Assembly: GCA_038253125.1 (NCBI GenBank)
Contig: JBBSHM010000004.1
Coordinates: 2,043-66,042 of the forward strand
Source of the DNA: Acidimicrobiales bacterium
GTDB lineage: Bacteria > Actinomycetota > Acidimicrobiia > Acidimicrobiales > JAUJNH01
Reading direction: 5' to 3'
DNA: 64,000 nt
Made by a program: the position numbers and the translations under genes
The notes under the pieces: model-generated
The model's database searches: none
What the model saw: the letters and a program-made list of their open reading frames with translations, nothing else
What the model was told of the DNA's origin: nothing
In this document: positions 1 through 8,786 of the stretch, piece after piece
Layout: each line of letters begins with the position of its first letter
Position numbering within the stretch: the stretch's first letter is position 1

Positions 1-34
1 ACATCGACAAGGCCCGGGCCAACGGGGTGCGGGA

Positions 35-910
35 TTGACCACCAGGCCCGTCGGGCTGCGGCCGGACGCCGCGGCCTGGCCTACGGCCACGACCAGGCTG
101 GCTGGCGTGCTCGGCCATCCGATCAAACACTCGTTGTCGCCCGTGCTCCACAACGCGGCCTTCGCCGAGGTGGGGCTGGACTGGGCCTACGTCGCCTTTG
201 ACGTGGCCGACGGCGCCTGTCCGGCGGCCGTCGCCTCGATCCGGGCCCTGGGGCTCCAGGGCCTGTCCGTCACGATGCCCCACAAGCGGGCCGCGGCCCA
301 GGCCTGCGACGAGCTGAGCCCCACCGCCGCCGCCCTCGGCGTGGCCAACACGATCGTCCGCCGGGGCGACAGGCTGCTCGGTGACGCCACCGACGGGCCC
401 GGGTTCCTGGCGTCGCTGCGGGCCGCAGGCCATGACCCGGCCGGGCGCCGGTGCCTCGTCCTTGGAGCCGGGGGCGCCGCCGCTGCCATCGTCCACGCCG
501 TAGCCGGCGCGGGCGCCGCCCGCGTAGGGGTGCTGGCCCGCAGGCCGGAGGCGGCCAGGCAGGTGGCCGAGCTGGCCGGCGGCGTCGGCGCGGTCGCCAC
601 CGCCGACGACCTGGCCGCCGCCGACCTGGTGGTGAACGCCACCTCTGTCGGCATGGACGGCACGTCAGGCCAGGGAGCCATCGCCTTTGGTCTGGACCCC
701 GGCGCCCTGCGGCCCGGCCAGGTGGTGGCCGACCTGGTGTACCACCCGCTGCGGACCCCGCTGCTGATCGCCGCCGAGGCGGCCTCGGCCACGCCCGTCG
801 ACGGCCTCGGGATGCTCGTCCACCAGGCGGCGCTGGCCTTCGAGCTGTGGACCGGAATCGGCGCCCCCCTCGGCGTGATGGCGGCGGCGGCCAGGATCTC
901 GCTCACCTGA
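35..910 (+). CDS. aroE: shikimate 5-dehydrogenase
   Basis: Translation carries the AroE N-terminal substrate motif (GHPIKHSLSPVLHNAAF) and a GAGGAA Rossmann loop. It lies upstream of the aro cluster. The TTG start at 35 is uncertain. Confidence 0.85.
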   Translation: MTTRPVGLRPDAAAWPTATTRLAGVLGHPIKHSLSPVLHNAAFAEVGLDWAYVAFDVADGACPAAVASIRALGLQGLSVTMPHKRAAAQACDELSPTAAALGVANTIVRRGDRLLGDATDGPGFLASLRAAGHDPAGRRCLVLGAGGAAAAIVHAVAGAGAARVGVLARRPEAARQVAELAGGVGAVATADDLAAADLVVNATSVGMDGTSGQGAIAFGLDPGALRPGQVVADLVYHPLRTPLLIAAEAASATPVDGLGMLVHQAALAFELWTGIGAPLGVMAAAARISLT

Positions 911-947
911 TGTCGCCGGTTCCGAAGGGCCGGCCGGAGGTCGACGG

Positions 948-1517
948 GTGACGGTCGCCGCCGTGGTGCTGGCCGCCGGCGCCGGTCCCCGGTTCCACGG
1001 GCGCACGCACAAGCTGCTGGCCCGCCTGGGGGACCGGCCCCTGGTGGCTCACGCCGTCGGGGCGGCGGTGGCGAGCGGCCTCCAGACGTTCGTGGTCACC
1101 GGCGCCGTCGAGCTCCGCGGCCGGATCGACCCGGCGGCCACCCTCGTCCACAACGACCGGTGGTCGCAGGGGCAGGCGACGTCGCTGCAGGCCGGCATCG
1201 CCGCCGCCGCCGCCGCCGGGCACGACGCCGTGGTGGTGGGGCTCGGCGACCAGCCTCTGGTGGGCCCCCACGCATGGTCGGCGCTGGCCGCCTGCCCGGC
1301 ACCGATGGCCGTGGCCACCTACGGGGGCCGGCTCGGCAACCCCGTCCGCCTCGGCGCCGAGGTGTGGCCCCACCTGCTGGAGGTCGGTGAGCACGGGACA
1401 CGGGCCCTGGTGTGGGAGGCGGTGGTCTGGGATCGGGCTGACCTGGTGGTGCGGGTGCCCTGCGCCGGCGATCCCGCCGACGTGGACACCGTCGATGACA
1501 TGGGCCGTTGGGCGTGA
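948..1517 (+). CDS. MobA-like NTP transferase family protein (specific function unresolved)
   Basis: N-terminus AAVVLAAGAGPRF..K.L is the LAAGxGxR nucleotidyltransferase signature. About 190 aa with strong GC3 bias in this frame. Confidence 0.6.
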   Translation: MTVAAVVLAAGAGPRFHGRTHKLLARLGDRPLVAHAVGAAVASGLQTFVVTGAVELRGRIDPAATLVHNDRWSQGQATSLQAGIAAAAAAGHDAVVVGLGDQPLVGPHAWSALAACPAPMAVATYGGRLGNPVRLGAEVWPHLLEVGEHGTRALVWEAVVWDRADLVVRVPCAGDPADVDTVDDMGRWA

Positions 1518-1639
1518 TCAGGCCTCCGCAGCAGCCTGCGGTCCCAGCGGGCTGATCGGTCTTCGCCGGCCGTGGGCGCACCTGCCACCTGAGGCTGTTC
1601 CGCCTTGACCGACCGCGCCCCCTACCCTGGCGCTCTGCC

Positions 1640-2872
1640 GTGCGCCGTTCCCCCCGCCTCCGCTCCGCTGGCCTCTGCGCCCTGATCCTGGTCATGGCCG
1701 GCGGCCTCACCTCAGCCGGCAGCAGCCCGCTCCAACAGGTCGCCTCGACGGCGCCGAAGGTCGAGACGCCTGTCGACGACCTGACCGCCGCCGTCGGTCC
1801 GCCGGTGTCGATCAGCCCCGACGGCGAGCCCGGGCCGCTCTCGGCGTCGCCCTCATCCACGACCGCGTCGGTGGCCGCGGCGGCTGCGGTGTCGAAGTCG
1901 GCGGCGCCGGCCAAGTCGACACCGACCCCGCCACCGGCGGCCGCCGGCGCTCTCGTGGTGCCGACAGGGCCGGTGGCCCAGCCCGGCTGCCCGCTCCCGC
2001 CCCGGCCCAGCCGGCCGCCCATGCCTGATCCCGGCCTGCCGAAGGGCCTCAGGCTGGTGCCCGAGGACCAGGTGCCGGCGCCACCGGCCCCGGCGTCAGC
2101 CCGCACGGCGGCCGCGCCGGTTCTGGGTGGCCGGGGCATGTGGATCTGGCAGTGGGGCCGGACCGAGGGCGGTGACCTCGGGGCCGTGGTGCGCCGGGCC
2201 AAGGCGGCCGGCCTGTCGACCCTGTGGGTGCGCGTCGGCGACTCCAAGAGCGGCTTCTACGGCGCCCAGTATCTCGACGGGCTCGTCCCGCTCGCCCACC
2301 AGGCGGGGCTGAAGGTAGTGGGCTGGGGCTTCCCCTTCCTTGGTGACCCGGTCGGCGACGCGGCCTGGACCAGCCAGGTGCTGGGGTGGCAGAAGGACGG
2401 CCAGCGGCTCGACGCCTTCAGCCCTGACCTCGAGACGGCCAGCGAGGGTGTGGTCGTCACCGACAAGCGGATCGCCACCTACATGGGCCTGACCCGCCAG
2501 GCCATGGCCGGTCGGCCCCTGGTGGCCACGGTGTACAACCCGACCGACCTGCAGTGGGCGAAGTACCCCTACACCGTGGTGGCGTCGTATGCCGATGCCA
2601 TGGCGCCGATGGTGTACTGGGGCTGCCGGGACCCGGGGGCTGACGTGCAGCGGGCCGTGCGCCGCCTCGCCACCTTCGGCCTTCCCGTGGTGCCGGCCGG
2701 CCAGTCCTACAACATGGCGGGCGAGGGCGGGCGGGTCGGCAACCCGACCGGCCCGGAGACGCTGCGCTTCCTCCGCGAGGCCCAGCAGTCAGGCGCCGCC
2801 GGTGCCGCCTTCTGGGTGTGGCAGGAGACATCGGCCGAGCAGTGGCAGGCCATCTCATCCTACCGGTGGTGA
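1640..2872 (+). CDS. secreted protein with Pro/Ala-rich linker and C-terminal glycoside-hydrolase-like (TIM-barrel-like) domain
   Basis: Signal-peptide-like N-terminus (RRSPRLRSAGLCALILVMAGG), then a long P/A/S-rich low-complexity linker. The roughly 270-aa C-terminal domain (GMWIWQW, LWVRVGD, VVGWGFPF, MVYWGC, FWVWQ) has an alternating strand/helix pattern. Family assignment is by resemblance only. Confidence 0.55.
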   Translation: MRRSPRLRSAGLCALILVMAGGLTSAGSSPLQQVASTAPKVETPVDDLTAAVGPPVSISPDGEPGPLSASPSSTTASVAAAAAVSKSAAPAKSTPTPPPAAAGALVVPTGPVAQPGCPLPPRPSRPPMPDPGLPKGLRLVPEDQVPAPPAPASARTAAAPVLGGRGMWIWQWGRTEGGDLGAVVRRAKAAGLSTLWVRVGDSKSGFYGAQYLDGLVPLAHQAGLKVVGWGFPFLGDPVGDAAWTSQVLGWQKDGQRLDAFSPDLETASEGVVVTDKRIATYMGLTRQAMAGRPLVATVYNPTDLQWAKYPYTVVASYADAMAPMVYWGCRDPGADVQRAVRRLATFGLPVVPAGQSYNMAGEGGRVGNPTGPETLRFLREAQQSGAAGAAFWVWQETSAEQWQAISSYRW

Positions 2873-2930
2873 GCCCGCCGGCTCCGGAGGCACTGCAGAG
2901 CCCGCCGGCTTCGGAGGCACTGCAGAGCCG
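2871..2930. repeat. 27-bp tandem repeat, locus A (2 full units plus a partial)
   Basis: GAGCCCGCCGGCTCCGGAGGCACTGCA is followed by a copy with one mismatch, then GAGCCG. It begins inside the TGA stop (2870-2872) of the upstream gene and ends at the GTG start (2931) of the peptidase gene. Confidence 0.9.
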
Positions 2931-3704
2931 GTGAGCGTGGTGCTGGGTGCGGTGTGCGCCGTGATCGGCCTGGTTGTCGGCTCGTTCCTGAACGTCCTGG
3001 TGTGGCGGGTGCCTCGTAAGGAGTCGGTCGTCCGGCCCCGGTCGCACTGCCCCCGTTGTGACGCCGTGCTGGCCGGGCGGGACATGGTGCCGGTGGTGTC
3101 CTGGGTGGTGCTGGGCGGACGGTGCCGTAGGTGCTCGGCTCGCATAGGCGCCCGGTACCCGCTGGTCGAGCTGGTCTGCGCCGGCCTGTTCGCGGCCACG
3201 GGCGTTCGCTTCGGCTTCGACTACCCGCTGGCGGCCTACCTCGTGCTCGGGGGGGCGCTGGTGGCCCTGTCGGCCATCGACTTCGAGCACCGGCTGCTGC
3301 CCAGCAGGATCATCTTCCCGACGGGCTACGCCGTCGCCTTGCTGCTGGTCCTCGCCGCCCTGGCCGAGGCCGAGCCCCGCCGCATCGCCTGGGCGGCTGT
3401 CGGGGCGGCCGGCAGCTTCGCCCTGTTCTTCGCCCTCCACCTCATCTCACCCAGCGGGATGGCCTACGGCGACGTGCGGCTGTCGTTCGTGCTGGGCATG
3501 GCTGTGGGCTGGCTGGGCCTGGGCCTGGTGCCGCTGTTCCTGTTCGTGGCCTTCCTCACCTCGGCTGTGATCGGCCTGGTCTACGCCGTGGTGACCCGCC
3601 AGGGGCTGAAGGCGGCCATCCCCTTCGGTCCGTTCCTGGCTCTCGGCGCCGAGGTGGCCATCTTCGTCGGCCAACCCCTGCTCGACACCTACCTCGGCAC
3701 CTGA
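2931..3704 (+). CDS. prepilin (type IV leader) peptidase, A24 family
   Basis: GSFLNVLVWRVP, paired Cys motifs CPRC..CRRC, several hydrophobic segments, and both aspartyl-protease motifs (AYGDVRL, IPFGPFLALGA). The track ORF starts at 2589, but the homologous part starts at GTG 2931, just after the repeat. Confidence 0.85.
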   Translation: MSVVLGAVCAVIGLVVGSFLNVLVWRVPRKESVVRPRSHCPRCDAVLAGRDMVPVVSWVVLGGRCRRCSARIGARYPLVELVCAGLFAATGVRFGFDYPLAAYLVLGGALVALSAIDFEHRLLPSRIIFPTGYAVALLLVLAALAEAEPRRIAWAAVGAAGSFALFFALHLISPSGMAYGDVRLSFVLGMAVGWLGLGLVPLFLFVAFLTSAVIGLVYAVVTRQGLKAAIPFGPFLALGAEVAIFVGQPLLDTYLGT

Positions 3705-3754
3705 GAGGCCGGCGGCTGCCCCTGTCGTCGAGGTCGGATCTGGGGCCCTCGGTC

Positions 3755-6700
3755 TCAGGGGTCGGCGTCGTTGACGTCGTTGACGTCGTTGACGTCGGTG
3801 ACGTCGGTCTCGTAGGCGTTGTAGGCGCTGTAGAGGTGGGCGTCAAAGGCTTCGGCGTCGGCCTCCTCGTCGCGGTCGGCACGGGAGGCAAGGACGCGCT
3901 CCTCCCGGAGCCGGTCCTGGACCAGGGCCCGCTCGGCTCGCAGCTCGGCCAGCCGCACAGAGGCCACGTCGGCCGAGGTCGAGGGCGGGGGAGCGCGGCG
4001 GGCGACATCGATGCTGGACAGGCGGCGGTCGAGCCGCTGGGCGGTCGACTCAACCATCGCCGAGAGGCGGTCGACAGCAGCCCTCAGCTCCCCGCTTTCT
4101 TCGCTCCGGGGTTCGGCCGGCCGGGCGGCGATGCTGCGACGTAGCTCGACCTCCATACGGTCGAGGCGCATGGACAGCGCCTGCTCGCGGCGATCCAGGT
4201 GGGCCACCACCTCATCCACGGCGCGGGACCAGCCCGCCTCGGCCGGTGGGCTGTCGGTGGGGATCAGTTGGGTCGCCACCTCGGCCAGCCGATCCCCGAC
4301 CCAGCCGAGCTGACGGGCCACCGCCCGCTGCTGCTCGTCGAGCCCGTCCAGAACGGTCTCCAGAGCGGTCGGCTCGGCCCAGGGGACGACGGTGGCGCTG
4401 GCTGGCCCGGCGGCGATGGTGCGCACGTCGGCGTCGAGGTGATCGAGCTGGGCCGACACGGTGCGCTCCTGGCGCTCGACCGCCTCAAGCACGACCCGAA
4501 GGACACGCGCCGCATCAAGGTCCGACCGCGGGCTCGCGTCGACCGGGACCTCTGTCCTGCGGCGCAGCTCGGAGTCGATGCGGTCGAGCCGGGCGACCAG
4601 AGAGCTCTCACGCTGCTCTAGGCGGTCGAGGACGGTGTTCGTGCCCATCGGACCGCTCATCTGGTCCAGGACCGAGCTGACGGCCGCGGCGACCTCGTCC
4701 TGACGGCGTGCCAGGCCGGCCATCACCTGGGCCAGCGCCTCGGCCCGCTCGGCCGCCTGGCGGCCGGCAGTCAGGCTGGTCTCGGGTTCGACCGGGCTGG
4801 GGAGGTGAGCGACGATCTGGTCGAGTGTGGCGCTCACCCGGTCCAGCTGGCCGAGGACGGATCCTGCTTCGTCGCCGGCCCGGGCCAGGGGGGTGAGGCG
4901 GTCGACCTGCACGGCGATGGCCGTCAGCCGCTCGGGCAGCGGCGCCACCCGTTCGGCCAGCTCGGCCACCGCGGTGGCCACGCGGTCGAGACGAGGGTCG
5001 TCCTCGACTGGTTCGCCGTCACCGTCCGGCACCGGACCGTCGTCTTGCCGCGCACGGGCTGCGGCGGCGTCATCGATGACGGTCTGCAGCTGGGGCAGCC
5101 AGGCGGGCTGGTCCAGCCGGTCAGCCACTCGGTCCAGTCCCTCCAGCAGCGAGGTGCGGAGCTGTTCGAGGTTGCCGCCCAAGGCGCCGGTCCGAGCGGC
5201 GGCGGCACCAGCGGCGGCGGCGACATAGGACCCGACCTCGTCGGGCTGCGCGGCCAGCAGGCGGTTCAGAGCGGCCAGGTCGGCACGAGACGACTCGGCC
5301 AGGTCGCCGAGCGTCTCCTCGAGGCGTGTCAGACGCGCACCCGGGTCGATGGCGGCGACCGCCGATGCCAGCTCGCCGAGGCGGATGGTCGCCTCGGCGT
5401 CGCCCGCCGGTGCCGGGGCTTCCTCGATGTCCCGGCGCAGCTGGGCGTCGATGCGGTCCAGCCGGGCGGCCAGCGACCGCTCGCGCTGCTCCATGCGGTC
5501 CATCACGGTGTCGATGACCATGGGCCCGCGCATCTGGTCGAGGATCATGCCGACGCTCTCGGCGACCTCCCCCTGGCCGCGGGTGACCCCGGCGAGCAAG
5601 TCGACGATCGCTCCGGACCGCTCGTCCCTGTCTTCTGTCACGGGCTGAGCCTCGGCGGCGGCCGCCCCGGTGTCGGCGAAGTGGGCGACGATCTGGTCCA
5701 GCGCGGTGTTCAGCCGGTCGAGCTGGCCGAACAGGGATCCTGCTTCGTCGCCGGTCCGGGCCAGGGGGGTGAGACGGTCGACCTGCACGGCGATGGCCGC
5801 CAGCCGCTTGGGCAGCGGCGCCACCCGTTCGGCCAGCTCGGCCATGGCGGTGGCCACATCATCGAGCCGGGGGTCGTCCAGGGGACGAGCGAGGTTGGCG
5901 CCGGGCACCGCGACGTCGTCGTCCTCGGGAGATCGGTCTGCCGCCACGTCACGCAGGGCGGCCTGAAGCTCTGGCAGCCAGGCCGGCTGGTCGAGCCGGA
6001 CGGCGACGCGGTCCAGCCCCTCCAGCAGCGAGATGCGGAGCTGTTCGAGGTTGCCGCCCGGAGCACCTGGACCAGCGGCGGCGTCACCGGCGGCGTCGTG
6101 GGCACCAGAGGCGGCGTCCAAGGCCTGAGCGGCCACCAGGCCCGGCTCGGCCCGCGCCCCGGACTCCCCGTCGGGCCGGCGGCGCAGCTCGGAGTCGATG
6201 CGGTCGAGCCGGGCGGCCAGCGACCGTTCGCGCTGCTCCATGCGGTCCAGGACGGCGTCGACACCCGTTGGACCGCGCACCTGGTCGAGGACGGAGCTGA
6301 CGGCCGTGGTGACCTCGTCCTGACGGCGGCTGACGTCAGCCAGCAGGTCGGCGACCCCGCCGGAGGGCTCGTCCCCGTCACCGCGGACCATTGGAACGAG
6401 CCCGGTCCCCGGCTCCGGGCTGCTCGGCAGGCGGGCCACGATCTGGTCGAGGGTGGTGCTCACCCGGTCGAGTAGGCCGACGATGGACCCGGCCTCGTCC
6501 CCGGCCCGGGCCAGGGGGGTGAGGCGATCGACCAGCACGGCGATGGCCTTCAGGCGGTCGGGGAGCGGCGCCACCCGTTCGGACAGATCAGCCACCGCAG
6601 TCGCCACCTCGTCGAGCCGGGGGTCGTCCAGGACCCGGGTGACTCGGCTCTGAAGCTCGCCCAGGACCGATCCCAGGTCATCCTGAAGGGGTAACGCCGC

Positions 6701-7447
6701 CACCTCGTCTCCCGTTGCCGACTGCAGCTCGGGGAGCCAGGCCGGGCGATCGAGTCGTTCGCCGACGCGGTCAAGCTCGCTCAGCAGGGAGATCCGGAGC
6801 TGGTCCAGGGTGTTGCCCATGGCGCTGATCCGGGAGGCGATGCGGCCGCTGGCCTCGTCGACCTGCTCGGCCGCCTCCCCGGGCGGCACGCCCGGCACGG
6901 TGGTGAGCGCCGCCAGCTGCAGCCGGGTGCCCTCGGCCGCATCGGCCACCACCTGCTCGATCCTGGTCGCCAGGTCGTTGAGAGGCGAGGCCAGCCCGTC
7001 CTCGGGTGCGGGCCGGGCGCCGAGCTGGCCGAGCGTGGCCCTGAGCTCAGGCAGCCAGGTGGGCTGGTCGAGCCGGGCCGTCAGGTCGTTCAGACGAGGG
7101 TCCTCGCCTGTTTGGGCCCCCGCTGCTTCTACCCTGTTCCCGAGCCCGGCCAGATCTGCCAGCAGCTCAGGCAGCCAGCTGGGCTGGTCGACACGCTCGG
7201 CGGCCCGGTCGAGCCCGGCGAGCAGCGACAGTCGCAGCTGGTCCAGGGCGCTGCCGAGGGTCCCCAACCGCATGACGATGCCGGCCGTGGCCGCGTCGAT
7301 GTCGACCCTGGCCGCCACCTCCGCGGGCTGGGCGGCCAGCAGGCGGGTGAGGGCGGCGACGTCGGCACCCACCTGCTCAACGGCGAGGAGCAGGCCGGCG
7401 CCGTCGGCCCCCGCCCCGGGTGACGCCTCCGCCTGCCCTTCAGCCAC
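3755..7447 (-). CDS. giant acidic, Ala/Leu/Asp/Arg-rich repeat protein (1230 aa), function unknown
   Basis: Uninterrupted ORF with strong GC3 bias in this frame, checked by hand around 4800-4990. It has three long internal repeats (motifs LDQPAWLPELQ, ERVAPLPERLxAIAVQVDRLTPLARAGDEAGS, LDQIVAH, MEQRERSLAARLDRIDxELRR). No signal peptide, TM segment or catalytic motif is visible. Confidence 0.75.
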   Translation of the reverse strand: MAEGQAEASPGAGADGAGLLLAVEQVGADVAALTRLLAAQPAEVAARVDIDAATAGIVMRLGTLGSALDQLRLSLLAGLDRAAERVDQPSWLPELLADLAGLGNRVEAAGAQTGEDPRLNDLTARLDQPTWLPELRATLGQLGARPAPEDGLASPLNDLATRIEQVVADAAEGTRLQLAALTTVPGVPPGEAAEQVDEASGRIASRISAMGNTLDQLRISLLSELDRVGERLDRPAWLPELQSATGDEVAALPLQDDLGSVLGELQSRVTRVLDDPRLDEVATAVADLSERVAPLPDRLKAIAVLVDRLTPLARAGDEAGSIVGLLDRVSTTLDQIVARLPSSPEPGTGLVPMVRGDGDEPSGGVADLLADVSRRQDEVTTAVSSVLDQVRGPTGVDAVLDRMEQRERSLAARLDRIDSELRRRPDGESGARAEPGLVAAQALDAASGAHDAAGDAAAGPGAPGGNLEQLRISLLEGLDRVAVRLDQPAWLPELQAALRDVAADRSPEDDDVAVPGANLARPLDDPRLDDVATAMAELAERVAPLPKRLAAIAVQVDRLTPLARTGDEAGSLFGQLDRLNTALDQIVAHFADTGAAAAEAQPVTEDRDERSGAIVDLLAGVTRGQGEVAESVGMILDQMRGPMVIDTVMDRMEQRERSLAARLDRIDAQLRRDIEEAPAPAGDAEATIRLGELASAVAAIDPGARLTRLEETLGDLAESSRADLAALNRLLAAQPDEVGSYVAAAAGAAAARTGALGGNLEQLRTSLLEGLDRVADRLDQPAWLPQLQTVIDDAAAARARQDDGPVPDGDGEPVEDDPRLDRVATAVAELAERVAPLPERLTAIAVQVDRLTPLARAGDEAGSVLGQLDRVSATLDQIVAHLPSPVEPETSLTAGRQAAERAEALAQVMAGLARRQDEVAAAVSSVLDQMSGPMGTNTVLDRLEQRESSLVARLDRIDSELRRRTEVPVDASPRSDLDAARVLRVVLEAVERQERTVSAQLDHLDADVRTIAAGPASATVVPWAEPTALETVLDGLDEQQRAVARQLGWVGDRLAEVATQLIPTDSPPAEAGWSRAVDEVVAHLDRREQALSMRLDRMEVELRRSIAARPAEPRSEESGELRAAVDRLSAMVESTAQRLDRRLSSIDVARRAPPPSTSADVASVRLAELRAERALVQDRLREERVLASRADRDEEADAEAFDAHLYSAYNAYETDVTDVNDVNDVNDADP
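3767..3811. repeat. 9-bp tandem repeat inside the 3' end of the giant CDS
   Basis: GTCGTTGAC x3, then GTCGGTGAC and GTCGGTCTC. It encodes the C-terminal ..TDVTDVNDVNDVND.. tail on the minus strand. Confidence 0.9.
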
Positions 7448-7539
7448 AGGTCGGACGGTAGCCCGGCTGTCCCCGAGGCGATACCGATGGCTGCTGCTCC
7501 GAGAGCTCGTCGCCGGACCGCCGGTACGCTGAGCCGCCG

Positions 7540-8709
7540 ATGCTGCGCCTCCTCACCGCCGGGGAATCCCATGGCGCCTGCCTGGTGGCCACGCTCGAGG
7601 GTCTGCCGGCCGGCCTTGCCGTCACGGTTGAGGACGTGCAGGCCGAGCTGGCCCGTCGGCGGCTGGGCTACGGCCGAGGGCCGCGGCAGCGCTTCGAGCA
7701 GGACGAGGTGGCGCTGCTCGGCGGCGTCCGCCACGGCCGAACGCTCGGCGGTCCGGTCGCCATCACCATCGGCAACAGCGAGTGGCAGCGCAGCGACCGC
7801 TGGCACCAGGAGATGTCGCCGGCCCCCGGCACCACGACCGAGCCCCTGACCCAGCCCCGCCCCGGTCACGCCGACCTGGCCGGCATGCAGAAGCACGGCT
7901 TCACCGACGCCCGGGACGTGCTGGAGCGGGCCAGCGCCCGGGAGACCGCGGCCCGGGTCGCCGCCGGCACGCTGGCCAAGCTGCTGCTGCGCCACCTGGG
8001 GGTCGAGATCCTCTCCCACGTGGTGCAGCTGGGCTCGGTCCACAGCCAGGGCGGTGAGCGCCCCCGCCCCGGCGAGCTCGCCACCGTGGACCAGAGCCAG
8101 GTCCGCTGCTTCGACCCGGGTGCCGAGGAGGCGATGGTCGAGGAGATCAAGGCCGCTGCCCGCGACGGCGACTCGTTGGGCGGCGTGGTCGAGGTGCTGG
8201 CCTACGGCGTGCCCGTCGGCCTCGGCAGCCACACCCACTGGGACCGCAAGATCGACGGCCTGCTGGCCCAGGCGGTGATGTCGATCCAGGCGGTGAAGGG
8301 CGTCGAGATCGGCAATGGCTTCGAAGTGGCCGGCCGGCGGGGCAGCGTGGCCCACGACCCGATCGAGTGGGACGGCCCACAGGACGCCTACCGGCGAACC
8401 TCGACGCTGGCCGGCGGTGTCGAGGGGGGCATCTCCACCGGTGGGCTGATGGCGGTGCGGGCCGCCATGAAGCCCCTGGCCACCCTCAACCGCCCGGTGC
8501 TCGGCACCGTCGACGTCATCACCAAGGAGGCGACCGTCAGCTTCAAGGAACGCACGGACGTGACGGCGGTGCCGGCCATGGGCGTGGTGGCCGAGACCAT
8601 GGTCGCCCTGGTCCTGGCCTCCGAGGCGCTGCGCAAGTTCGGCGGCGACTCGGTCACCGAGATGATCCGCAACGCCGACGCCTTCCGGGCGTCCCTCCAC
8701 GATGGCTGA
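7540..8709 (+). CDS. aroC: chorismate synthase
   Basis: N-terminus [12 protein letters not shown] and the GRSSARETA-like segment ([15 protein letters not shown]). Typical length, followed by aroK-aroB-aroQ. Confidence 0.95.
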   Translation: MLRLLTAGESHGACLVATLEGLPAGLAVTVEDVQAELARRRLGYGRGPRQRFEQDEVALLGGVRHGRTLGGPVAITIGNSEWQRSDRWHQEMSPAPGTTTEPLTQPRPGHADLAGMQKHGFTDARDVLERASARETAARVAAGTLAKLLLRHLGVEILSHVVQLGSVHSQGGERPRPGELATVDQSQVRCFDPGAEEAMVEEIKAAARDGDSLGGVVEVLAYGVPVGLGSHTHWDRKIDGLLAQAVMSIQAVKGVEIGNGFEVAGRRGSVAHDPIEWDGPQDAYRRTSTLAGGVEGGISTGGLMAVRAAMKPLATLNRPVLGTVDVITKEATVSFKERTDVTAVPAMGVVAETMVALVLASEALRKFGGDSVTEMIRNADAFRASLHDG

Positions 8710-8786
8710 CCGCTCTGGAGGCACAGTGGAGCCCGCCGGCTCTGGAGGCACAGTGGAGCCCGCCGGCTCTGGAGGCACAGTGGAGC
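8707..8786. repeat. 27-bp tandem repeat, locus B (partial unit, 2 full units, partial)
   Basis: TGACCGCTCTGGAGGCACAGTG, then GAGCCCGCCGGCTCTGGAGGCACAGTG x2, then GAGCG. It starts at the aroC TGA stop and ends at the likely aroK start. Confidence 0.9.

Noticed and set aside
2871-2930. Possibility that the 27-bp repeats (also at 8707-8786 and 44559-44623) are mini CRISPR arrays
   Set aside because: The units are directly adjacent with no spacers, there are only 2-3 copies, and no cas genes are present. They sit exactly between stop and start codons.
4805-6475. 556-aa + strand ORF inside the giant repeat gene
   Set aside because: A hand check of codon third positions around 4800-4990 shows the strong GC3 bias in the minus frame. 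The + frame product is Gly/Val/Gln-rich without periodic motifs, so it mirrors the minus-strand repeats.
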